This document shows positions 49,263 to 61,311 of a stretch of 64,000 bases of DNA, in pieces (position 1 is the first letter of the stretch; each line of letters opens with the position of its first letter). The notes under the pieces are model-generated. The model did not search any database. It worked only from the letters and a program-made list of their open reading frames with translations, and was not told the origin of the DNA. The DNA comes from Batkoa obscura. Lineage: Eukaryota. The translations under genes and the position numbers were made by a program. The DNA is taken from positions 372,001-436,000 of the forward strand of contig JASVEC010000027.1 of NCBI GenBank assembly GCA_030770535.1. Reading direction: 5' to 3'.

Positions 49263-50596
49263 ATGTCTTCTACAAAGCCTAGTGAAAAATGTTGTCCTAA
49301 ATGTCAATCGAAGTTGAAATTGGAATGGATCAATCTAGATAAGATGATATTATTATGTCCTGGCGAAAAGGTAACTCTAATTTTTTTCAATATAAACTGA
49401 TATCTAACTTTTGATTTTTTGTTTCTTTTTAGTGTGTTTACCCATTAGATCAAAAAAATGTAGCGACTCATGTTATTCGATTACCTAAAAAAGTGAAAGT
49501 ATTAAAGCATCCTGAATTATATAAAAAGAATAAAAAAGGTAGTATTAAAAAAGAACCCAAGATTGATCAAAAAGATAAAGAAAAGATATTAAAAAAATTC
49601 AAGCGATATCAAATGGTGGAGTTACCCAAATTAGATATTGATTTAAAACAATACCAATTGCGTGAGATTCCAGATATTGATAAATTATGGAAAGAAAAAC
49701 AAGCTAGAATTAAAGAAAAAGAATTCGATGTTGAAGAAGAAGTACAAAAGAAACAATTGGATAATTTTGCTATTGATGAAGAAAAAGAATTTGAACAGTT
49801 TCATAATGAACATGATATGGAATGTCAACAGAGTAGCCCAAACCCATTTAAAAGTAGATACGATAATTTATCAAAGGGTAATTTTGAAATTATACCTTCT
49901 CCAGAACCTTTCCAATTAAATGAAACTCCCAAAAAGACTCAAAATCAATTTACAGTTTCTAATGAGAATGTAAATGAGAATGTAAATGAGAATTTAGTTG
50001 ACACGATTCCTAATGATAATCTAACTGAGGGTATTTTTGATATGGTTCCTAATCTCGATTTGAATCAAGATGTTTTTGGTGCTATTCCTAATCACGATTT
50101 AAATCAAAATATATTTAATAGTGTACTTAATGATGTTATAAGCCAAGATATATTTGGTACTTTCCCTAATAATATGAATCAAAATCTTTATGATGCAATC
50201 CCTGAAGATGAACACATTGGAAATAATCAGCATAATAATATATCAATGATGGATAATAGTTTCCACAATTTATTTACATTTAAAGAAGAAGATATGGAAA
50301 TGAATTATGACGAATTTAATTTACAAGATAGTAACAATTTAGCATTGAATCAATCTTTTAATGAATTGGCTAACCTTGGTCAAGCTTACGGTTTAAATGC
50401 TAGTGAAAATAATACAGATATTTTGGAAAATAATCAAAATCATAATCAAAGTCATCAAGAGCACTGGAAACATATTGAAGGATTAAATCAATCAAATACA
50501 TTTAGTGATGCGGATAATTTTTTGAACAAAGATTTTGATTTTGAGCATGATAGTATTCAACTTAAATTAGCTAAAAATGTATTTAAAGAGATGTGA
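49263..50596 (+). CDS. Protein with an N-terminal C4 zinc motif and an acidic Asn-rich low-complexity tail, 2 exons
   Basis: Exon 1 MSSTKPSEKCCPKCQSKLKLEWINLDKMILLCPGEK; intron 49371-49432; exon 2 CVYPLD.. in frame with ORF 49493-50596. Confidence 0.75.
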
Positions 50597-50734
50597 ATAA
50601 GAAGAATAGTCGCTAGTAGTACTATAGGGTTATAGAATTTTATTAAAAATAAAAAATATAAAAAAACTAGACTATTTTTACTTCTTTTATGATTATTATT
50701 ACTTATTCTATTAATACATCAACTTAACTCCAAA

Positions 50735-51810
50735 TTAGTCATCCAAAGGTAATACCAATGGAAAAAACATGGCTAATAATATACAAAAGATTTCCATATG
50801 AGATAATTGAGTATCATGGGTTACTTCATTAAGAGAATGAATAATAGCCACATATAAGAAAGTACCTGCAGAAAACAATAACAAAAAGCCAGTAAAAAGA
50901 AACAACAACTTTAAATCTTGTACTTGAAACACATGCAATAATCCATAAGTAATTAGACAAGCTATCGGAGCGGCTGCAGCAAATAACAACAAACAAGGAA
51001 TAATCTTCTTTGTTTTTACTTTTTTTTGTAATAAAATTGTCGATAATCCAAAAGCAGCCGGTAGTTTGTGTAGTAAAATAGCAATAAATAATATCAGTTC
51101 TAAACTTTTTTGTTCAATTATACTAGCTGCTCCAAGTGCAATACCATCCGCTGCTGAGTGAATTAATAAACCAAATAAAGCTGTTAGAGGGTTTTGTGTT
51201 GATTCTAAATCTTCTTCAAGTGGTCGGAGGTTTTCTTCTATTGATGGTCGTAGTTCTTGTGGTACTCCAATATGTGAATCGGAAATAGAATGAGAGTGTG
51301 TACCCAAATAACTATCAATTAAAAACATAACACTAAATCCAGAGATTAATGCTAAGCCTATTAATTTATGATCCATTTTTATATTGCTGTCTTCTTCTGC
51401 TTCGCTTCTTTTAACAATATTGAAATCTTTTATTGTGTTATTATTTATACCAGTGGTCTCGTTCTTATTATTGTCTTCCATCGGATTATTGTTATTAATG
51501 TTATTATTCTCCAATAAAGATAATACTTTTGTTGCATCTTTATTATTAAGATTTAATTGAGCTTTATTAATGGTTTCTATGCCTTCAGGTAAAATTATTA
51601 TTAATGAACAACCGATTAGTAAGCCAGTACCAAAACAAGTTATTAAACGCAATTTGTTAGAGCTGAAATCAAACATCAAAGGGATATAACCACCTAACAA
51701 TGCTCCTAAAAACATACCTATTTGGAAGATTAATGATTGTTTTATATAAGTGGAGGGAAAGACCAATAATATTTACCTATAGATAAACCTAACAATATTA
51801 AAATTTCCAT
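50735..51810 (-). CDS. ZIP-family metal transporter (ZIP9/Atx2-like), 2 exons
   Basis: GLLIHSAADGIALG, ILLHKLPAAFGL, LFSAGTFLYVA; first exon MEILILLGLSI with ATG at 51810. Confidence 0.9.
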
Positions 51811-52045
51811 TTTATAAAGTGTATTGTATTGTGTTGTATTGAAATAAATTAAAAAAGAAAATAAATTTTATAAGTGAGTATAAATATGGATGGTTTAAAT
51901 ATTGTCTAATTCTAAATATTCATAAAAAGATGGGGAGATTTTAAGGTTTAAACCAATCAATTTAATCACTCAATTTTGATAAATTAAGTTTATTGATAGA
52001 TTTAATAAGTTTAATTTTATCATCAAAATATACCAGCAATTTCCA

Positions 52046-53017
52046 ATGAGTAAACGAAAAATAGAGACAAAAGAAATGGAATCCTCCGAAGAAGAAGACT
52101 ATATGAGTTTAGATTTATATAAATTAGAAGAAGAACATAACAAAATAATTAAAGAAAAAGAGAAATATAATAAAAAAATAACCAAAAAAAGCAAACCAGT
52201 TGTTACAAAACATGTCAACGCTAATGAAGCTAAAGAACAACTATTAGAGAAACTAAATGAACCGATTAAAAAAGATAATGTTGGTTTCAAGTTACTCCAA
52301 AAGATGGGGTTTAAGTAATTTGTCCTTTTTTATATATGTGAAGAAGGGATTGGTTTTAATGTATATTTTTTTATTTTAGTCCAGAAAAAACAACAGCTCC
52401 GGTAAAAATTGAATTGAAAGGAGGTAAGTTTTGATGTAGATTACCAATGATAATACCAAATAATTAATACACTAATATGGTTTCTGTAGATAATAAGGGG
52501 TTAGGATTGGTATCTCATGAGTTAGAAAAATTAAAAGAAAAAAGAGATACGATAATGAAAATGGAAACAAAACAAAATGAAAGTTATAAAAAAATTCAAA
52601 AAAAAAGATTTGAGAAGAAGACGTTATTAGCTGATGTGATTAAAAGTTTAAATACTACTAAGCAATTAGATGAGGATAACGTAAGTTATTTTATTTTATT
52701 TTGTTCTTATTTATTATTTTAATGTAATTTATATAGAGTATTCGTTCGAACCCATTATGGTTACCTTTTTTCAACGAAATGGGAGAATTAATGGAAATAG
52801 AAATGGAAGATGATAGCGTAAATTTACAATTTAATATTTACTTATCTAAATAATATTTAATAATTATTTTATATAGATAGAAGAAATATTGGTAAAACTA
52901 ATAGATTATTTAAGAGATACTTATTATTATTGTATCTATTGTGGTATACAATTTAATGATGAAAAAGATATGATAGATAATTGTTATGGTAAATTAAGAG
53001 CGGATCATGATGAATAG
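52046..53017 (+). CDS. GPATCH11: G-patch plus C-terminal Zn-motif (DUF4187-type) protein, GPATCH11-like, multi-exon
   Basis: EEEDYMS; NVGFKLLQKMGFK; GLG; YLRDTYYYCIYCGIQF..NCYG...DHDE*. Confidence 0.8.
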
Positions 53018-53234
53018 TAATAAATATATATAATAATATAAAAGTTGAAATAAAAGTAATAATAGAAATAGATAACTTCCTAAATTATTTGTATTTTATC
53101 AGTTTATCCTGTTTGCTTTATGTTTCTAGAACACCATATTCATCCAATAACTAACAAATCAAAATATTAATATTATATGGGTTGAGAATTGATGATGTCA
53201 TCAAAACAAGTTAAGTCAAAATGTCACAATTCAA

Positions 53235-53284
53235 CTTCATTTACTTTCTTCATTTACTTTCTTCATTTACTTTCTTCATTTACT
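53235..53284. repeat. 13-bp tandem repeat (CTTCATTTACTTT) x about 3.8, upstream of the Nudix gene
   Basis: Read directly. Confidence 0.8.
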
Positions 53285-53318
53285 ACTAACTTTACCTCAT
53301 TCAATTATTGCTAAAGGT

Positions 53319-53972
53319 ATGGGCCCTTCAACGCACAAATCTACAACCAACAACATCAGCTCCTTTGATGAAGACTTTCAAATCGTCTCACAATCTCTTC
53401 AATACTCCCGTTATTTGAAACTCTATTCTCAAACCGTTAACTTCCCCAAACAAAATAAGATCATAGATTACGATATTGTAGGTCATAATCTCAAGCATCA
53501 ATTTATTGTATGTTGTATCTACCATTCAGCTACAAAAACCTTTACTTTAATTCAAGAATATTCTCAAGGTAACAATAATCTATTGTTTGGTTTTGTATCC
53601 GGTGGTTTTGATAACAAAAAACATTTGGATATAGACACATGTGTAAAAGCAGAGGTATTAGAAGAAGTGGGATACTCAGATGGGAAGTTGATTAATTTAT
53701 TGGATTATTTTAACAAGGAGAAGAGAAATGGAGGAAAGGAAAGTGAAGGTATCTTAGAGATCAAATGGGGTACTAATAAATTCTATCCCTATTTATTGAT
53801 AGATCCAATATTAAGTAAAAAAGAAAATGAAAGGGAATTAGATTATGAAGAATATATTAAAATTGTTGAGAACATTACTTTAGAAGAGTTAGAGGAGTAT
53901 ATCTTGAATGGTAAGTTTTATTTACCTTCTACTCAAACTTGGTTCATGGTGAAAAAATATTTGAATTTATGA
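53319..53972 (+). CDS. Nudix hydrolase
   Basis: Nudix-box-like GGFD..CVKAEVLEEVG; ELDYEEYI. Confidence 0.8.
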   Translation: MGPSTHKSTTNNISSFDEDFQIVSQSLQYSRYLKLYSQTVNFPKQNKIIDYDIVGHNLKHQFIVCCIYHSATKTFTLIQEYSQGNNNLLFGFVSGGFDNKKHLDIDTCVKAEVLEEVGYSDGKLINLLDYFNKEKRNGGKESEGILEIKWGTNKFYPYLLIDPILSKKENERELDYEEYIKIVENITLEELEEYILNGKFYLPSTQTWFMVKKYLNL

Positions 53973-54659
53973 ACAATAAAATAAATAAATAAATAGATAA
54001 CTAATAATTATACCTTGTTTTTATTTTCGATTGAATTTTTCATTTGATTTTTACTTTGTAAACTCATTTAAAGTATTATCTCGTTCATTATATTATAACA
54101 GATTCTAGGCAAATTACATTATTTTTGTGGCTTGAAATTATTTTTTAGTGCCTATTTAGGCCTATGACATCATGAATTTCGGCTTAAAAAGTTTGAGCTA
54201 AAGTCAATTATTTTCTATGATTCCAGCTTTATTTAGAACAAAATTCTAAGCTACTTTTTGTTTAAAACTGGTGTAATTATCTTACAATTTCACCAAGCTA
54301 GACTTTTTTTTTGAGGGGCTAAGTTAATTTCACAAACTTCTCTACCAGTAAACTTTAATAGGAAATAAGTTATAGCATTTTTTTTAATTTTATTAGCAAA
54401 CTTACAATTTAAGAGAATTGAAAATAAACAAATATTAAAACAAAAACATTTAATTTATTATAATATTTTTATAAAGAATTTAAAAAATGTTTATTAAATT
54501 TTAATTTAGATCCAATATTAAAACTGTATACTTTATTAAATACAATCTATTTAATGCTATTATTATTATTGTGCACTGTTGGTAGATTTAATTTAATTTA
54601 CAGTAAAAGCTTGCTTAATTTTAGAGCTCAAAGAAAATTCAAGTTGAATGAGATTATGT

Positions 54660-54720
54660 GAGGATGTATTTTTTTATTTGAGAATTTTACTAACAATCTT
54701 AAACACAAAAATACATCCCC
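54660..54720. mobile_element. MITE family A, short rearranged copy
   Basis: ATGT / ATAT flanks; two GATGTA-type ends joined after ttactaacaatc. Confidence 0.7.
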
Positions 54721-54920
54721 ATATAGTAATTGTAATTAGCACTAAATTTAAATTTTATTACAAATTATAAGATCATTATTTTGGTCTGAAATTGCAAAAA
54801 ATAAAAATAAGTTGCTTAAAATCTGCTATAGTTTAATAAATTCAAAGTTAAAATTTAAAAAAGTCAATCATTAGTGCATGCTGTGCTTGATTTAATCTAG
54901 TACTTAAAATGATAAACATG

Positions 54921-56684
54921 AGGATATCTAAATTGGTTTCATTTTTTATTTAATTTTTAAATATTTATATTTTAAAAACTTTGCTTAAAATCCTGTAAAA
55001 ATAATTTTTTTATTAAAAACCAAAAGTATCCGATACAGTTTTAAATTATTTTGTTATAATTTATATTGTAAGTTAGTGGAATTTCTATTAAATTCAATAC
55101 AAATTCCTAAATTAGCAAGGCTTTTGCTAATATAGCCTATACATTGATATTATCAAAGTTGTAGTATGTAAATAAATGTATATATTTATAAAAGTTTATT
55201 AAAAAATATTTATTATTAACTGCCTTATAGCTGTGAAATATTACTTTATTAGCTCTCGAATTGATTATAACACAACAATCACTTAAGTTGTTGTGTTCTC
55301 AAGTTCAAACACAATCAAACCAGAGTCCCTTATTTTGATTTGCTGCGAGAATTTCTAACTTCATATTGCACAATGTTATCTTCTCGTTTTGATATCCATA
55401 CCTGTTGGAGTATAAAAGAGATTCTTCAATATGATAACTCGAGGCTTTTTAACTGAATTACTCCCTGATATCGTACTATTAATAAAGCCACTAAGTCTTT
55501 CTGACAACATCTTAGGTAGATTTTACAGTAGTATTGTCTATTCTATTTATTTTACATAGTTCGTAACTTATTACATATTATTCCTATTCATTTAAGTCTA
55601 TCTTAGTCACATAAACTAAAACCTTTTGACTCAAGGCAAGTTAATCAACCAAGAACTGCTTTTAACTCCTACCACTGAGTATCAACTTTCACAATTAGAT
55701 ATATTTTTTTGAATATTAACATAAAACTTATATAATTTGTATAACCTTTTTTCTTTATTAAAAGATTTTTCTATCTCTGCTTTATTTTTTATTGCTATAT
55801 GGGGGTGTCTTTTTTGACTTCATCACTTTTTTCATCTTTTAAGCGCTATTTGAGCGGAAAAATTGTTAGTAAAATTGTTAGTAAAATTGTTAAACACAAA
55901 AATACATCCCCTGTGAAAGTTGATACTCAGTGGTAGGAGTTAAAAGCAGTTCTTGGTTGATTAACTTGCCTTGAGTCAAAAGGTTTTAGTTTATGTGACT
56001 AAGATAGACTTAAATGAATAGGAATAATATGTAATAAGTTACGAACTATGTAAAATAAATAGAATAGACAATACTACTGTAAAATCTACCTAAGATGTTG
56101 TCAGAAAGACTTAGTGGCTTTATTAATAGTACGATATCAGGGAGTAATTCAGTTAAAAAGCCTCGAGTTATCATATTGAAGAATCTCTTTTATACTCCAA
56201 CAGGTATGGATATCAAAACGAGAAGATAACATTGTGCAATATGAAGTTAGAAATTCTCGCAGCAAATCAAAATAAGGGACTCTGGTTTGATTGTGTTTGA
56301 ACTTGAGAACACAACAACTTAAGTGATTGTTGTGTTATAATCAATTCGAGAGCTAATAAAGTAATATTTCACAGCTATAAGGCAGTTAATAATAAATATT
56401 TTTTAATAAACTTTTATAAATATATACATTTATTTACATACTACAACTTTGATAATATCAATGTATAGGCTATATTAGCAAAAGCCTTGCTAATTTAGGA
56501 ATTTGTATTGAATTTAATAGAAATTCCACTAACTTACAATATAAATTATAACAAAATAATTTAAAACTGTATCGGATACTTTTGGTTTTTAATAAAAAAA
56601 TTATTTTTACAGGATTTTAAGCAAAGTTTTTAAAATATAAATATTTAAAAATTAAATAAAAAATGAAACCAATTTAGATATCCT
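54921..56684. repeat. 773-bp perfect inverted repeat (54921-55693 / 55912-56684) made of Sola2 right end plus solo LTR, with a 218-bp spacer
   Basis: Arms are reverse complements by eye. 56383-56684 matches 36359-36663; LTRs occupy 55232-55693 and 55912-56373; the spacer holds a transposase fragment and a MITE. Confidence 0.9.
55801..55911 (-). mobile_element. MITE family A copy in the palindrome spacer
   Basis: ATAT at 55797-55800; internal duplication of aattgttagtaa; the other end abuts an LTR with no TSD. Confidence 0.85.
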
Positions 56685-57213
56685 TATATATTAATTATTT
56701 AAATAATAATGATAATTTTAAATTAGTTAATTTAAAAATTTATAAAAATATATTGCATTATTAAACTTACGAATTTTATTTAAAAATGTTATTGTTACTA
56801 AGTTTGGAAGCGTAATATTTATTGTATAATAAAAAAACTGTAAAAATTTCTTAGTTAATTATTTATAATAAGTTAGGGAATTTTAGTTTTAATAATCAAA
56901 TTAACTTATATATAAAAAAATAATATATAATAATAAGCAAAGTACAAAATGAATAAACAATTTGTATTAATAATAAATTATATAAAAAACTAATAAAAAA
57001 TAATACAGTTAAAAATTGAAATAAGTTTATTAAAGTTAGATGCAATAAAATTTATTTTATACTTTGCATTAAAGTGCTATATATAAAAAATATACTATTA
57101 GTTATAACTTTTTATTATAATTGCTACTTATAGATATTGAAATATGGAAATAATGTTTTTTATGATTAAAAAGTAAAAAATTTTAGCTTGATTATATATA
57201 AATTTATAAATAT

Positions 57214-57311
57214 GGGGATGTATTTTTGTGTTTAATGATTTTACTAACAATTTTCCACTCAAATAGTATTTAAGAAACGGAAAAAGTGATGAAACCAAAA
57301 CACCCCCCCCC
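57214..57311 (+). mobile_element. MITE family A copy
   Basis: ATAT-GGGGATGT start, family internal sequence, C-run end. Confidence 0.8.
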
Positions 57312-57605
57312 TATATATATACATTTAAATAAATTTTAAATAACTAATAAAAAAAACATTTTTATATAAGTAGTTTAAAATTAAATAAAAAAACGACTAA
57401 TTTCATAACATTATGCTTAACCCGTAATTTTTGTTAAAAAATTAAATTAGATAAAAATTAAATTAAGCTTTTAAACTAATTTATATAAAGCATAACAATT
57501 TAATAAGTTTGCTTTTTTAATTTTGTTTTTATTGTGGGATATAAATTTGTAAGTAAACATTATAAAAACAAACATATTAATATTCAAAAAACACTTTTTT
57601 TATAT

Positions 57606-57701
57606 AAAGATGTATCTTTGTGTTTAAAAGTTTTACTAATAATCTTTCCACTCAAATAGCGCTTAAAAGATGGAAAAAATGAAGAAGTCAAAAACACATT
57701 T
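57606..57701 (+). mobile_element. MITE family A copy with G>A / C>T decayed termini
   Basis: ATAT flanks; termini AAAGATGT..ACACATTT. Confidence 0.75.
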
Positions 57702-57934
57702 ATATGTTTAAAGCAATTTTGACAATATTTGTTATTTTAATTTTTTAATTTGGCTTATGATTTAAATTTATTAGTTTAGTTTCAAGTATATTAAAATTTA
57801 ATTTTACAAAATTTAAAAAAAAGCTATAAAGATAAATTTAATAATATGAACCTAGCTTTTTAAATTACATATTTTAATATTATTAAAAATACGATTTATA
57901 TTAATTTATATTTAATAATAATATTTTTATTATT

Positions 57935-58133
57935 TTAATTTTTGAAACTTTAATAATTTTACTGATAGCTTTTTCACTCAAATAACGTTTAAAAATGAAA
58001 AAAGTGGTAAAATCAAAAAAAACACCCCCATATGAAAATGTATTTTTTTATTTAAGAATTTTACTAACAATCTTTCCGCTCAAATAACGCTTAAAAAATG
58101 TAAAAAAATAATGAAACCAAAAAAAACATCCTC
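57935..58133 (+). mobile_element. Two tandem MITE family A copies sharing one ATAT (58030-58033)
   Basis: ..aacacccccATATgaaaatgtattttt..; the second copy ends catcctc ATAT. Confidence 0.8.
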
Positions 58134-58453
58134 ATATATTAACTTTGTTTTTTTAATATTAAATATTTTTTAAAAGCTAGGATCAAATTAGTAAAAGTTT
58201 TATTTATAAGTTTATCAATTATAACCAGGCTTAATAATAAAATAAACATTTAATTTTTTAATTTTATCTTTAATTAAGTTATCCAAAAATATATTAAAAA
58301 CTGACTTATATGAATATCGTTTTATTATTTTATTATTTTATTATTTTATTATTTTAAAAAACTTTTTTATTGTTTTTATTACTTTCTTAAATTTCATTTA
58401 ATTTAACTGGCGTTTATTTTACTATTATTTCCATTCAAATTAGTTTATTACAT

Positions 58454-58545
58454 AAAGGTGTTTTTTTTGGTTTCATCTTTTCCGTTTTTTGAGTGCAATT
58501 TGAGAGGAAAAATTATCAATAAAATTATTAAACAAATACATACTT
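58454..58545 (-). mobile_element. MITE family A, degenerate copy
   Basis: aaaggtgttttttttggtttcatc...tttgagaggaaaaattatcaataaaattattaaac. Confidence 0.65.
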
Positions 58546-58935
58546 ATTAGCTTTTCTTTTGTTTATAAGATAATTTTCTTCTTCGATTTTATTTTTATAA
58601 TAAAATAATCATATTTTTGAATTTTAAATTATTAATTTTAAATACTAATTCCTTTTATAATTTCAAACGTATTATTAATCAAATTTAATAATAGTATAAT
58701 TATTTAATAATAATTTATTTTTATTATTAAAACATTTGGATTGATCCAAATCTTAGTTGAGCACTTTTGAAAATTTTATTTAAACCAAACAGTTATGTAT
58801 TTAAAAAAAACGCCCTTAAATCTAAATTGGTTTTATAATATATGAATAAAATTTAAACAACTATTAATTATATATCTAAACAAGATAACAAACTATTTAT
58901 AAAATCAACTAACCGAATTACAAAAGATTTAACTT

Positions 58936-59889
58936 TTATTTTTTAACAGCTAAAAAAGAATTCAAAGGTCTATTATCTTCCGAATACTCTATACAATCTA
59001 CTAAAACTTGAAACTGAGAACCAAATTCCTTTACCAGTTCACCAGGAAGTAATCTTTTACCAGATTCAAAGGAAGGCTCATAATCTGAGCAACCCTCTAA
59101 ATGTAAAAAAGTAGAAAAGAGTAAGATACCACCCGAAGCTAAAAGGGAGTACAGGTGAATGAAACTAGCCCTTTCTAAATATCGGACACAAAGGATAAAC
59201 TGAAATTTATTTGTATTGATAAAAGGAATCTTGTTAATATCATTATGAAGTAGTGTTTGATTTTTTGTATATAATTTAAAAGTGGAATCAGGCAAAAACT
59301 TTAAACGTATTAATTGTTTTAAATTAGTTTGTAAATCTAAATTACTAAAAAGTAGTTCTACTCGATTTAAAGCAGTCTGCACACAATCTATCCCGTATAA
59401 GTGAAACTTTTTATTGTTAAATGCCAACCATGCCATATCCCTACCACTACCACATCCTATGTCCAATGTGTTCCAATGAGGCTCATGATCAAACTTTTCA
59501 TTCAAAATGGTTTCAATTAGTCTTAAATTCCTCAGTAAAAAAGGCGCTGGGGAAAATAATAATCTATTATACTTATAATCAGTTGCTAATAAATCAAACT
59601 CTTCAATCAGTTTCCAAAATAAACTATTGCATTTAAAAACTTGTTTTATTTTCCAACCCCTTTGTTTGATCTTTTCAACTAGCTCCATCTCTGTCCCTTT
59701 TTCCGAAATTAACATATTTAGCCCTTCGTTTTTGTTTGGAAGTTCACACCATCTTAATTCAAATTTTTCGTTATATGGTATATAAGTGCTTCCTTTGACA
59801 TAGTTGCTACTTTTTACTGTTGTACGGATATCTAATAGTTTGTCTTTTTCTTTCCAGGTTTGAATTTGCTGTCGTAATTCCTCTTCCAT
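58936..59889 (-). CDS. Class I SAM-dependent methyltransferase (TehB-like) with a rhodanese-like N-terminus
   Basis: TLDIGCGSGRD, LYGID, FILCVRYLER, LASGGIL; N-terminal LLDIR..YVKGSTYIP. Confidence 0.8.
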   Translation of the reverse strand: MEEELRQQIQTWKEKDKLLDIRTTVKSSNYVKGSTYIPYNEKFELRWCELPNKNEGLNMLISEKGTEMELVEKIKQRGWKIKQVFKCNSLFWKLIEEFDLLATDYKYNRLLFSPAPFLLRNLRLIETILNEKFDHEPHWNTLDIGCGSGRDMAWLAFNNKKFHLYGIDCVQTALNRVELLFSNLDLQTNLKQLIRLKFLPDSTFKLYTKNQTLLHNDINKIPFINTNKFQFILCVRYLERASFIHLYSLLASGGILLFSTFLHLEGCSDYEPSFESGKRLLPGELVKEFGSQFQVLVDCIEYSEDNRPLNSFLAVKK

Positions 59890-60157
59890 GCTATCTTTAT
59901 TTTAATTTGTTCTCATCAATTATCTATATTAGGACAGTGGCAATAAAATTGTACCACTTTCGATTATCCAAAACGGGCTTTTATAATTGTATTGTGTCGA
60001 TAAATAGGATAAAAACTATACAAGTTGGCATTATTAGATAAACGCTTTGATGGAAATTTCAAGGTTAAAGCACTTTTGATAATTAAATGAATTTTATTGG
60101 CTGTTATTAGGTAAACCAGAAAAGATATTTTTTCATCAAACATCTTTTAATAAAATA

Positions 60158-61124
60158 ATGTCATTAAAAGGATATATTGAAAGTAATTAAAATGAACAGA
60201 GTATAATAAATAAAACAAATTAAAAAAGAAATAGAACTTGAGAGTCTCCCTATAGATCTACAAAGGAACTTACAATTGATGCGAGAGTTAGATGCTAGTT
60301 CTCAATGTAAATTCACGTTTTTTTATCAGCTGTAAACAAAACTAAATTTCAATTTAAACTAGCTTTGATAAAAGAAGTGGAGACAGATACCAATTATTTA
60401 CTTGAAAATGTAGACTTAATGGAAGACAAACAGCGGTATGAAGTTTTAAGAAAGATGACTACCAGCTTTGGCCACGCTTTAAAACAAGGTGAAGAAAAGG
60501 TTTCTTTGGCCGCTCAAACTTATAATTTGGTAAACTTATTTTTTTATTTTTTATTTCTTATTTTATTTTTTAATGTTCTCAGACGGACCAAACCATCCGT
60601 AAACTAGAAGAAGAGCTAGAAAGGTTTGAGCAGAGTGAGTTGATTCATATTAAGCCTATTAAAGAAATGAGCGACAAAAGAAGTAATTTAAAAAAGAATG
60701 AAGGTTCACAGCCAAACAAAAGTAAATTTGATTTAATTTCATTAATCAATAATTATTTATTGCTTTTTTTAGAGAAAAAAGAAAAACATGAACTTATCAA
60801 AAGTCGTGGAAAAGATAAAGAGTATACTTTAATCTTATCAAGTTATACTTGAGCTAAAATTATATAGTGATTCTAACCATATGAATGCTGATCCAAACGA
60901 GCCTACTTACTGCTATTGTAATCAAGTATCCTATGGAGATATGGTAGGGTGTGATGACGAAACAGTAAGTATTTTATAATATAGCGTATAATTAAGTACT
61001 TAAAATATAATAGTGTGTAAGAGAATGGTTTCATTACCAATGTGTTGGACTTAAGACTCTTCCTAAAGGAAAATGGTACTGTAATGATTGTGTTGCCAAA
61101 CGAAAAGCTGCTACACGTAAATAG
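60158..61124 (+). CDS. ING-family PHD-finger chromatin protein, multi-exon
   Basis: [74 protein letters not shown]. Confidence 0.92.
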
Positions 61125-61311
61125 GAAGTTAGTCTTTCTTTAGTCAAATTATTTAAGTTATATAATGAAGCTATATTTTTTATAGTAGATAATATGTAAT
61201 ATTTTTTTGGTTTTTAAATAAAAGGAAATAAAGATAATAAGTTAAAGATGAATAAGTAGTTTTATTTACAGAAATATAAAATAAAGTTAAAAGAAAATTG
61301 CTAATAAAAAA

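Noticed and set aside
4195..58545. Dispersed ~100-bp repeats as a CRISPR array
   Set aside because: Irregular kb-scale spacing, both orientations, TIRs and TSDs, and a eukaryotic context all indicate MITEs.
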